Source: a virus (lineage: Duplodnaviria > Heunggongvirae > Uroviricota > Caudoviricetes). Taken from it: a DNA stretch of 7,198 nt. Positions 1 through 6,001 of this stretch are shown here, piece by piece; position 1 is the stretch's first letter, and each line of letters opens with the position of its first letter. The notes beneath the pieces were generated by a model. The model worked only from the letters and a program-made list of their open reading frames with translations. It did no database searches and was not told the origin of the DNA. The position numbers and the translations under genes were made by a program. Location: IMG/VR virus record IMGVR_UViG_2698536458_000011. The stretch is one strand, 5' to 3'.

Positions 1-58
1 TTGAACCAGCGACCTGGCGATTATGAGTCGCTCGCTCTCACCACTGAGCTAAAGGGCC
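1..58 (-). tRNA. Partial tRNA (5' 58 nt; the 3' end lies beyond the window start), identical to the matching part of the tRNA at 2422..2497; anticodon CAU
   Basis: Bases 1-58 are identical to 2440-2497. The reverse complement gives GGCCCTTTAGCTCAGTGGTGAGAGCGAGCGACTCATAATCGCCAGGTCGCTGGTTCAA, with acceptor, D-arm and CAT anticodon loop in canonical positions. Confidence 0.75.
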
Positions 59-67
59 GGGAGCCGC

Positions 68-96
68 ATAATAACGACGCGTAATTAATTCTTCAA
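68..96 (-). promoter_or_regulatory. Candidate sigma70 promoter for tRNA copy 1 (minus strand -35 TTGAAG, 17-bp spacer, -10 TATTAT)
   Basis: Plus-strand cttcaa at 91-96 and ataata at 68-73; the -10 ends 9 nt upstream of the tRNA 5' end. Same layout as the promoter at 2507..2535. Confidence 0.35.
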
Positions 97-98
97 TA

Positions 99-1157
99 TC
101 ATCCGTTCTGGCTGACTAAATCCTGTACTTCCCGAACCGTCTGCTCAAAACGTTCAGTCTCCAGCTCAACGCCAATTGCACGACGCCCGAGCGCCAGTGC
201 CGCTTTCACTGTCGAACCCAACCCCATGAAAAAATCTGCAATCAGGTCACCCGGACGACTGCTAGCGCTGATTATCTGCTGCAGCATTTCTGCCGGTTTT
301 TCGCACGGATGTTTCCCGGGATAGAACTGCACCGGTTTATGCGTCCACACATCGGTATACGGCACCTGCACCGTCACGCCAAAATACCGCCGCAGATGTT
401 TATATTCACTCAGCAGCTCCGCATACTGCCGGTTCAGTGAGGTATACGTATCCACCAGCTGGTGGTGGAGCTTTTCCAGTTCACCACGCCGATGCTTCTC
501 TTCTGCCACCCGGGCAAACAGCGCCTGTAATTTCAGATAATCGCTTTCATTCGGCAACTGCCACTGACCGGCACTGAACCAGTGCGACACCATGTTTTTC
601 TTTCCTGTGGCATCTGCAATCTGTTTTGCCGTTATCCCCAGGGCAGCTCGCGCATCACGAAAGTAAGAAATCAGCGGGGCCATCACATGCTGTTTCAGTG
701 CACTGCCCTTCGCCGCATACCCGGCATCTTTCGGACGATACGGCCCCTGATAATGTTCCGCGAACAGAATGCGCTCTGTGGCGGGGAAATACGCCCGCAG
801 GCTTTCCTTGTTGCATCCGTTCCAGCGTCCGGACGGCTTCGCCCAGATAATATGGTTCAGCACACTGAAGCGTTCACGCATCATGATTTCGATATCAGAT
901 GCCAGGCGATGACCACAGAACAGGTAAAGACTTCCGGCAGGTTTCAGCACCCGCCAGAACTGCGCCAGACACTGGTCCAGCCACTTCAGGTAATCATCGT
1001 CGCCCTTCCACTGGTTATCCCAGCCCTCAGGCTTCACTTTAAAGTACGGCGGGTCCGTGACTATCAGGTCAACAGAATTTTCGGGTAACGACCGGATAAA
1101 TTCCAGGCAGTCGGCGTTGATTAACTCACAACTGGATATTTTTACAGTATTAAGCAT
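99..1157 (-). CDS. DNA methyltransferase, beta-class amino-MTase (probable N6-adenine), 352 aa
   Basis: N-terminal motif IV VTDPPY (aa 33-38) and C-terminal motif I DFFMGLGST (aa ~300-310), the circularly permuted order typical of beta-class N6A/N4C MTases. ATG at 1157; stop abuts the downstream tRNA promoter. No restriction endonuclease gene is visible beside it. Confidence 0.85.
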   Translation of the reverse strand: MLNTVKISSCELINADCLEFIRSLPENSVDLIVTDPPYFKVKPEGWDNQWKGDDDYLKWLDQCLAQFWRVLKPAGSLYLFCGHRLASDIEIMMRERFSVLNHIIWAKPSGRWNGCNKESLRAYFPATERILFAEHYQGPYRPKDAGYAAKGSALKQHVMAPLISYFRDARAALGITAKQIADATGKKNMVSHWFSAGQWQLPNESDYLKLQALFARVAEEKHRRGELEKLHHQLVDTYTSLNRQYAELLSEYKHLRRYFGVTVQVPYTDVWTHKPVQFYPGKHPCEKPAEMLQQIISASSRPGDLIADFFMGLGSTVKAALALGRRAIGVELETERFEQTVREVQDLVSQNG

Positions 1158-1454
1158 GGATCATTAAGCCTGTCTCTGATAGGCTCATTCTGCTTTTGCN
1201 TTTTAACAAACTCCCCGCAAACCAGACAACAGTCAACCGCCTGAATTGTGAAGTATTTAAAAATTTCTCCCGCTAACTGATACCCGGCTAACAGTCTGGC
1301 GTTTTCTTTTTCAGCAACGGGAAAGCAACAACCACCACACCCGCCACCAGCACACCGTCAGCCAGCACTGACATTATCCGGCTGCTGCAATGCCATTCAC
1401 AAAAACAGTAAGCAATCACTTTTTACCGTAACAGGTGATAATCCAGATATGTAT

Positions 1455-1808
1455 CTACCCCAGATGAGTAATCCGAAGTTCATCCATACCACAGGTCCTG
1501 GCTATTCTGTTGTACTCCTGAACAAGAGCAAATAATTCTGAATTAGCAACCATGAACTCATCGCAAACCCTCTGTATAGCATCACTATTCAGAATAATAA
1601 CGTCTCTTCCCGAAAGACGATCAGGAGTACAGAACAAAACTGTCAAACGGCTGAAGGCCTTTGCTCGTGCTGCATTGACTATATCAATACGCTGCCTAAG
1701 GATGAAACACCCCGACGCCTCATCAATATTCACTCTACCCACACCATATGAATGATAAATATTTAATGCTGAAAAAACCATTAGACCGTATAACAAACAC
1801 TCAATCAA
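1455..1808 (-). CDS. Hypothetical protein, up to 117 aa (TTG at 1808; first ATG at 1781 gives 108 aa)
   Basis: Longest ORF in an AT-rich (~40% GC) segment on the same strand as all neighbours. No convincing Shine-Dalgarno for either start; an in-frame stop at 1812-1814 rules out extension into the N-run. No recognisable motif. Confidence 0.35.
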   Translation of the reverse strand: MIECLLYGLMVFSALNIYHSYGVGRVNIDEASGCFILRQRIDIVNAARAKAFSRLTVLFCTPDRLSGRDVIILNSDAIQRVCDEFMVANSELFALVQEYNRIARTCGMDELRITHLG

Positions 1809-1860
1809 TACTTAACAGAACTTTTATTTTTGACAAACATAAAATATTTTCAACAATATC

Positions 1861-2337
1861 NNNNNNNNNNNNNNNNNNNNNNNNNNNNNNNNNNNNNNNN
1901 NNNNNNNNNNNNNNNNNNNNNNNNNNNNNNNNNNNNNNNNNNNNNNNNNNNNNNNNNNNNNNNNNNNNNNNNNNNNNNNNNNNNNNNNNNNNNNNNNNNN
2001 NNNNNNNNNNNNNNNNNNNNNNNNNNNNNNNNNNNNNNNNNNNNNNNNNNNNNNNNNNNNNNNNNNNNNNNNNNNNNNNNNNNNNNNNNNNNNNNNNNNN
2101 NNNNNNNNNNNNNNNNNNNNNNNNNNNNNNNNNNNNNNNNNNNNNNNNNNNNNNNNNNNNNNNNNNNNNNNNNNNNNNNNNNNNNNNNNNNNNNNNNNNN
2201 NNNNNNNNNNNNNNNNNNNNNNNNNNNNNNNNNNNNNNNNNNNNNNNNNNNNNNNNNNNNNNNNNNNNNNNNNNNNNNNNNNNNNNNNNNNNNNNNNNNN
2301 NNNNNNNNNNNNNNNNNNNNNNNNNNNNNNNNNNNNN
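1861..2337. other. Run of 477 N (assembly gap or masked sequence)
   Basis: Uninterrupted n characters; nothing can be annotated here. Confidence 0.98.
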
Positions 2338-2421
2338 ACCGCCATCGGGGACCCGCCCCCGCACCAACAACCCTGTTATCGTGTCGTCTGCTCTTCCTGA
2401 TAAGCTAATGGCGGTTTGTGA

Positions 2422-2497
2422 TGGTGGCCCTTGCTGGATTTGAACCAGCGACCTGGCGATTATGAGTCGCTCGCTCTCACCACTGAGCTAAAGGGCC
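2422..2497 (-). tRNA. tRNA with anticodon CAU, 76 nt with encoded CCA; resembles E. coli tRNA-Ile2 (ileX/ileZ-like), tRNA-Met not excluded
   Basis: Reverse complement: GGCCCTTTAGCTCAGTGGTGAGAGCGAGCGACTCATAATCGCCAGGTCGCTGGTTCAAATCCAGCAAGGGCCACCA. 7-bp acceptor stem GGCCCTT/AAGGGCC, GTTCAAATCC T-arm, CAT at positions 34-36, 3' CCA. Differs at only a few positions from the ileX sequence as I recall it. Confidence 0.9.
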
Positions 2498-2506
2498 GGG
2501 AGCAGA

Positions 2507-2535
2507 ATAATAACGGTCCGTAATTAATTCCGCAA
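2507..2535 (-). promoter_or_regulatory. Candidate sigma70 promoter for the tRNA (minus strand -35 TTGCGG, 17-bp spacer, -10 TATTAT)
   Basis: Plus-strand ccgcaa at 2530-2535 and ataata at 2507-2512; the -10 ends 9 nt upstream of the tRNA 5' end. Confidence 0.4.
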
Positions 2536-2558
2536 TAAAAAACCCGCTCGGCGGCGGG
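2534..2558 (-). terminator. Rho-independent terminator downstream of the Q-like gene (tR'-like)
   Basis: Minus strand reads CCCGCCGCCGAGCGGG (GC-rich hairpin, stem CCCGC/GCGGG) followed by TTTTTTATT. It lies 35-40 bp after the Q stop and immediately upstream of the tRNA promoter. Confidence 0.55.
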
Positions 2559-2599
2559 TTGTAGAAACTCTTCTAACGTCAGGCATAAAACGCCCATAG

Positions 2600-3454
2600 T
2601 TATGACGAATTTACCACAGATTCCGGAAAAATCAACCTAGTTACCTTTTTTAACTGCCGCTCAGCCCATGCTTCTTCAATATCAAACCGGGTCACCAGCG
2701 CATCATAGAATTTCTTAACTGTTTTTTCCCATGACGCGCGTGTTATCTGGTTTGTCACCTCGCATATAGCATTAAATGCCTCCGTTGATGGTAGTCTTTC
2801 ATAGCCACGACCACCACAACGCTGGCAGTCTCTGATAACAGGCATACCACGTTTTACCGACTCTTCACGATGAATGGCGACACCACGCCCACGGCAATCC
2901 TTACAGGCGGTGGAAACCTCACCCTTTCCGCCACACTCCGGACAGGCAACTTTTACCACCTCCCTGACTTTTTTCCATTCTTCCCAGTAAGACGGATACA
3001 CACCTTTCGTACACTTTGCCCATACCGGCGGCTTACCATCCGGATACTGGATCTTGTTTGTAAAAACCTCGCTTTCAATAAATTTTTTTCCGTGACAGCA
3101 GGGGCACTGTTTTTTGCTCGCCGCGCTACGGGCATAATCTTCAAACGCATACGAAGCCATAATACGCATCACTGCCGGTTTTATTTCTGCCGGGAGTTTT
3201 CTTAACGCCGCCACGCGATCACACCGACTGAGTGCATATTCTGTCAGCAATTCTGTTGCCCGCTCTCTGTCATTCATACTAATGCCCATTTTCCCAAGGA
3301 ACGCAGAAACCCCCATCTCAGCCCGATTCTGTGTCATGCCCTGCGCGGCCATCACATCAGTGATACTCAGCGCATCTTTCGACGTTGAGGCCGATGCATC
3401 AGTCAGGCCGGGGGATTTTGGGGAGTAGTATTTCGGTAAATCTTCCAGTTTCAT
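2600..3454 (-). CDS. Q-like late antitermination protein (QuuQ/Q82-type family suspected), 284 aa, with four DnaJ-type CxxCxGxG repeats
   Basis: ATG at 3454 overlaps the rusA stop (ATGA). The position, directly after rusA and before a terminator plus tRNA, is the canonical Q slot. The N-terminus MKLEDLPKYYSPKSP resembles Q-like prophage antiterminators from recall. Repeats at aa 117-124, 171-178, 184-191, 210-217. Confidence 0.65.
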   Translation of the reverse strand: MKLEDLPKYYSPKSPGLTDASASTSKDALSITDVMAAQGMTQNRAEMGVSAFLGKMGISMNDRERATELLTEYALSRCDRVAALRKLPAEIKPAVMRIMASYAFEDYARSAASKKQCPCCHGKKFIESEVFTNKIQYPDGKPPVWAKCTKGVYPSYWEEWKKVREVVKVACPECGGKGEVSTACKDCRGRGVAIHREESVKRGMPVIRDCQRCGGRGYERLPSTEAFNAICEVTNQITRASWEKTVKKFYDALVTRFDIEEAWAERQLKKVTRLIFPESVVNSS

Positions 3455-3825
3455 TTTTTGACCTGCTCTTCATGCATTATGGGGTAAATCTTCACCCCCA
3501 GACGTCCACCAGATACTGGCTGACCACGAACGATATTGATTTCATCAAACTGCTCATCGTCCATTAACACTCCCGCATGTGTCAGTGCATCCAGTGGTGC
3601 TTTCAGGATATTGTCCAGGTCACGACGGCGCTTATCCGGTGGCTCTGCAATAATCTTTATCGCCAGTCTTCCGGACAGGCTTAATTTCAGTCGCTGCTGA
3701 CGGACAATAAGCGCCACATCCCGGCGATAACGCTCACCGGCTTTTGATACAAAATATGTGTTGTCACGACGTCGCCAGTAAGTATTCACCGTCGGCGGAT
3801 AAGGTAAAATAAACTCATGGCGCAT
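3451..3825 (-). CDS. rusA: Crossover junction endodeoxyribonuclease RusA (Holliday junction resolvase), 124 aa
   Basis: RusA family hallmarks: LPYPPTVNTYWRRR near the N-terminus, RRRDLDN, DAL..DDEQ, GGRL. AGGAGG Shine-Dalgarno 10 nt upstream of the ATG at 3825. Confidence 0.85.
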   Translation of the reverse strand: MRHEFILPYPPTVNTYWRRRDNTYFVSKAGERYRRDVALIVRQQRLKLSLSGRLAIKIIAEPPDKRRRDLDNILKAPLDALTHAGVLMDDEQFDEINIVRGQPVSGGRLGVKIYPIMHEEQVKK

Positions 3826-4082
3826 CAGCGCAGCACCTCCTGCACCAGTTTTTCAAACTTTCCGACTCTGGTTTCCAGCTCTGCCACACAGTCCACCAGC
3901 TCATCTACTGCTTTCTGTGCGCGATGCTTCGCCTGCATCAGTTCCCGAAGCGCGGGTACCATATCTTTACGGATAGCGTCTTTTGTTATGCCCGTTTTTT
4001 CGAGTTGTTCAGCATGACGCAGCATTTCCTGCGCGTGTTTACGCAATTGTTCAGGGGTAAAAGTCATTGTCTGGTTGTTCAA
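3825..4082 (-). CDS. Hypothetical small protein, 85 aa from TTG at 4082 (80 aa from ATG at 4067); predicted helical/coiled-coil
   Basis: GGAG sits 8 nt upstream of the TTG; the stop TGA overlaps the rusA ATG (TGATG). Charged, helix-forming composition (EQLRKHAQEMLRHAEQLEK...). It sits between the truncated and intact rusA copies. Confidence 0.5.
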   Translation of the reverse strand: MNNQTMTFTPEQLRKHAQEMLRHAEQLEKTGITKDAIRKDMVPALRELMQAKHRAQKAVDELVDCVAELETRVGKFEKLVQEVLR

Positions 4083-4206
4083 AAGAAACGCTCCATCTTA
4101 CTGCTGTCAGTTCGTTTATTACTGTATCTGCGCGGATTGCCGGGCTTCATGGGAGTGGAAAGCACCCGTGCACTTTCCTGGTCCACAGGCAGAAAATGTC
4201 CGTAGN

Positions 4207-4365
4207 GGACAGGCTTAATTTCAGCCGCTGCTGGCGAACAATAAGCGCCACTGCCCGGCGATAACGCTCCCCGGCTTTTGATACAAAATATGTGCTGCCA
4301 CGACGACGCCAGTAAGTGTTCACCGTCGGCGGGTAAGGTAAAACAAATTCTATGCGCTCGGTCAT
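4207..4365 (-). pseudogene. Truncated rusA remnant (N-terminal ~52 codons only)
   Basis: The ORF starts MTERIEFVLPYPPTVNTYWRRRGSTYFVSKAGERYRRAVALIVRQQRLKLSLS, then loses RusA similarity exactly at the ambiguous base n4206. DNA 4207-4353 is ~90% identical to 3673-3819. Its ATG directly follows the DUF968 gene stop (TAA-ATG). Confidence 0.75.
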
Positions 4366-5424
4366 TTATGCTTTCCACTTCAGAACACCCGAATTTCTCG
4401 CGTGCATTAAAAAACGAATCAGCAACAACAGCTGACTGCCGTGTTTCTCTTCAAAATCTTTTACTCCGGCATGTAGTTCGTTACGGCATTTACGGCATAA
4501 CGGAATAACAAACAAATCATCAGCCTTTGTTCCCATCCCTCCCAGTCCATGACCAATGATGTGATGCGGATCATCTGCCTGATTGCCACACGTCATGCAT
4601 TTCTGCGTTTTTACCCAGCGCGTGTATACAGGCATCTCTTCCCGTTGTGATTTCTGGCGCTGGAGATACTGAGCCGGTGACTCCGGATCAACGGCAATGC
4701 TGACCACCGTCTTTTCCTGTGGTGGGTTCTGTTGCTGGTGGACGTGAGGCAGTAACGCAATATTTTTTGTGCGCTGCTTCAGTATGCTGGTGGCTGTCTG
4801 CTCTCCCGGTATGATGTCGCTTTCACTGTACACAGAGCGAATTTTTTCCGCACGCAACCCCAGCGAACGACGTAATACCGCTTCCGGTAGCGCGTCCGCC
4901 ACCTGATTGCGGACCGCCCACCAGGATAATTCAGCCAGAGATAATTCACGCTCCTGCGTACCGCTTATTGCGTGACCGATGACGTCAATCATCCATGCTG
5001 ACAGGTTTTGATGAGCAAGTTGCTCGAGTGATTCGGATGTCTGGTCACGCAGCTGGTTGTCGCAGTGCCAGCACAACACCATTGCGCCGGTACCATAACG
5101 GTGAATGACGGTTTCGCTGTGATGATAATCGCCGTGTGGCCACTGGCAGGATTTAATATGGCGCAACAGCCAGTCAGACAATGCACCAGCACCACCAGCA
5201 GCACGAATCACCCGTGCGTTACTGAAAAACGGCAGCAATGTTTTGTCTTCCACCAGCGGCTGGCGAGCGGCAGGAACGACCCCGGACGGCAGATTACGCA
5301 TGCTTTTTGGTTCCGGCTCCACCAGTATTCTGCCGTTATGGAATGCTGACATTGATTCACGGCCTGGCTTAACGATAACCAGACCGAGTTCCGGTACCAG
5401 AACAGGTCGAAGTAATACCCGCAC
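4366..5424 (-). CDS. DUF968/YdfU-like prophage protein, 352 aa, with a C-terminal Cys/His-rich (HNH-like or zinc-ribbon) motif
   Basis: Long ORF with ATG at 5424 preceded by GGAGG (spacing only 2 nt, so the true start may differ). C-terminus CMTCGNQADDPHHIIGHGLGG...CRKCRNELH. Size and position upstream of rusA match YdfU-type proteins of E. coli prophages as I recall them. Confidence 0.75.
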   Translation of the reverse strand: MRVLLRPVLVPELGLVIVKPGRESMSAFHNGRILVEPEPKSMRNLPSGVVPAARQPLVEDKTLLPFFSNARVIRAAGGAGALSDWLLRHIKSCQWPHGDYHHSETVIHRYGTGAMVLCWHCDNQLRDQTSESLEQLAHQNLSAWMIDVIGHAISGTQERELSLAELSWWAVRNQVADALPEAVLRRSLGLRAEKIRSVYSESDIIPGEQTATSILKQRTKNIALLPHVHQQQNPPQEKTVVSIAVDPESPAQYLQRQKSQREEMPVYTRWVKTQKCMTCGNQADDPHHIIGHGLGGMGTKADDLFVIPLCRKCRNELHAGVKDFEEKHGSQLLLLIRFLMHARNSGVLKWKA

Positions 5425-5499
5425 ATTACCTCCAGATCCGTTGCTGGAATGTGCGGGACGGACGCGTTGGCCGTTCGGAGTAAGGGAGCCTGACGGAGA

Positions 5500-5781
5500 T
5501 TATCCAGTGACGGTAGTCGAGGCTAAGGGCTTTTTTAACCTCGCATCCGCGCCTGCGGTAACACTGAATGAGCCATTCGGCCTGTTCTTCAGTGCATGGG
5601 GGATGCTGGTACCAATCAGATTTAAATGCGTGAGAGCGCCGCCCGTGCCTGCTGGCAAAGACGGCTGAATTATCAGAATTGTGTAGTCTGGAAGGCAGTG
5701 GCTGACAATAGCGCCATTCTCAACGCGCACAGTATAGAGGCCATCTTCACTAAAAATTTCACGTAATTCTTCGATTTTCAT
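5500..5781 (-). CDS. Hypothetical prophage protein, 93 aa
   Basis: ATG at 5781 with a strong Shine-Dalgarno (GGAAGGA, 8-nt spacer); same strand as neighbours. The C-terminal half is Gly/Thr/Ala-rich with no recognisable motif. Confidence 0.5.
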   Translation of the reverse strand: MKIEELREIFSEDGLYTVRVENGAIVSHCLPDYTILIIQPSLPAGTGGALTHLNLIGTSIPHALKNRPNGSFSVTAGADARLKKPLASTTVTG

Positions 5782-5863
5782 CAACAGAATCCTTCCAGAT
5801 AAATAGCACTCCCCTGTTCGGGGTCCATCCCTCTTCTCCCTGCGCGCTACTTAAGTATTTTTG

Positions 5864-5893
5864 ATTCTATTCCGGCACCATCTAAAACTTCAA
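5864..5893 (-). promoter_or_regulatory. Candidate sigma70 promoter (minus strand -35 TTGAAG, 18-bp spacer, -10 TAGAAT) upstream of the 93-aa ORF and YdfU-like gene
   Basis: Plus-strand cttcaa at 5888-5893 and attcta at 5864-5869, immediately downstream of the hok terminator and ~80 nt upstream of the ATG at 5781. Confidence 0.3.
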
Positions 5894-5900
5894 ACGCGTT

Positions 5901-5932
5901 GAAAATAAAAACAAAAACCCGCCGAAGCGGGT
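5901..5932 (-). terminator. Rho-independent terminator of the hok mRNA
   Basis: Minus strand reads ACCCGC-TTCG-GCGGGT (5-6 bp GC stem with a UUCG tetraloop) followed by TTTTTGTTTTTATTTT. Confidence 0.8.
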
Positions 5933-6001
5933 TAAGTGTGGGTGCATTGAGGATGCCTGACCCATCAGAGGTGGCGAGGGATTTCTCCCCCGCCTGGTCT
6001 C

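Noticed and set aside
582-1088. Plus-strand ORFs of 168 aa and 74 aa (626..850) inside the methyltransferase gene
   Set aside because: They lie antisense to a CDS with clear catalytic motifs; no ribosome-binding site or motif; typical shadow ORFs.
99-1157. Calling the methyltransferase Dam
   Set aside because: Dam is alpha-class (FxGxG before DPPY); this protein has DPPY at the N-terminus and FxGxG at the C-terminus, so it is beta-class and not a Dam ortholog.
1552-1755. Plus-strand 67-aa ORF overlapping the 117-aa minus-strand ORF
   Set aside because: Shorter than the minus-strand ORF and opposite to the strand of every other gene; neither is strongly supported, and I kept only the longer one at low confidence.
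2338-2421. Possible second tRNA (argN/argO-like) directly downstream of the tRNA
   Set aside because: An 8-bp inverted repeat spans ~78 nt, but there is no GTTCRANYC T-loop or D-arm pattern; it does not fold as a canonical tRNA, and the rest is masked.
1748-2443. Four ORFs from the track that run through the N-run (1748..2443 +, 1830..2408 +, 1801..2370 -, 1824..2345 -)
   Set aside because: Their length comes from N being translated as X; these are artifacts of the gap, and one also runs through the tRNA.
2870-3567. ORFs 2870..3205 +, 2953..3150 - and 3385..3567 + within the Q-like and rusA genes
   Set aside because: Antisense or alternative-frame ORFs inside better-supported genes; no independent support.
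3817-4508. ORFs 3817..4017 +, 3924..4205 +, 4067..4264 +, 4278..4508 +, 4079..4378 - and the full 4147..4365 - frame
   Set aside because: Plus-strand ones are antisense shadows. 4147..4365 is explained as a truncated rusA fragment whose frame runs into unrelated sequence past n4206. 4079..4378 is an alternative frame over that fragment.
4989-5668. ORFs 4989..5204 -, 5208..5426 -, 5065..5349 + and 5243..5668 + overlapping the YdfU-like gene
   Set aside because: Alternative-frame or antisense ORFs within a 352-aa CDS that has a conserved Cys/His motif; Cys/Trp-rich junk composition.
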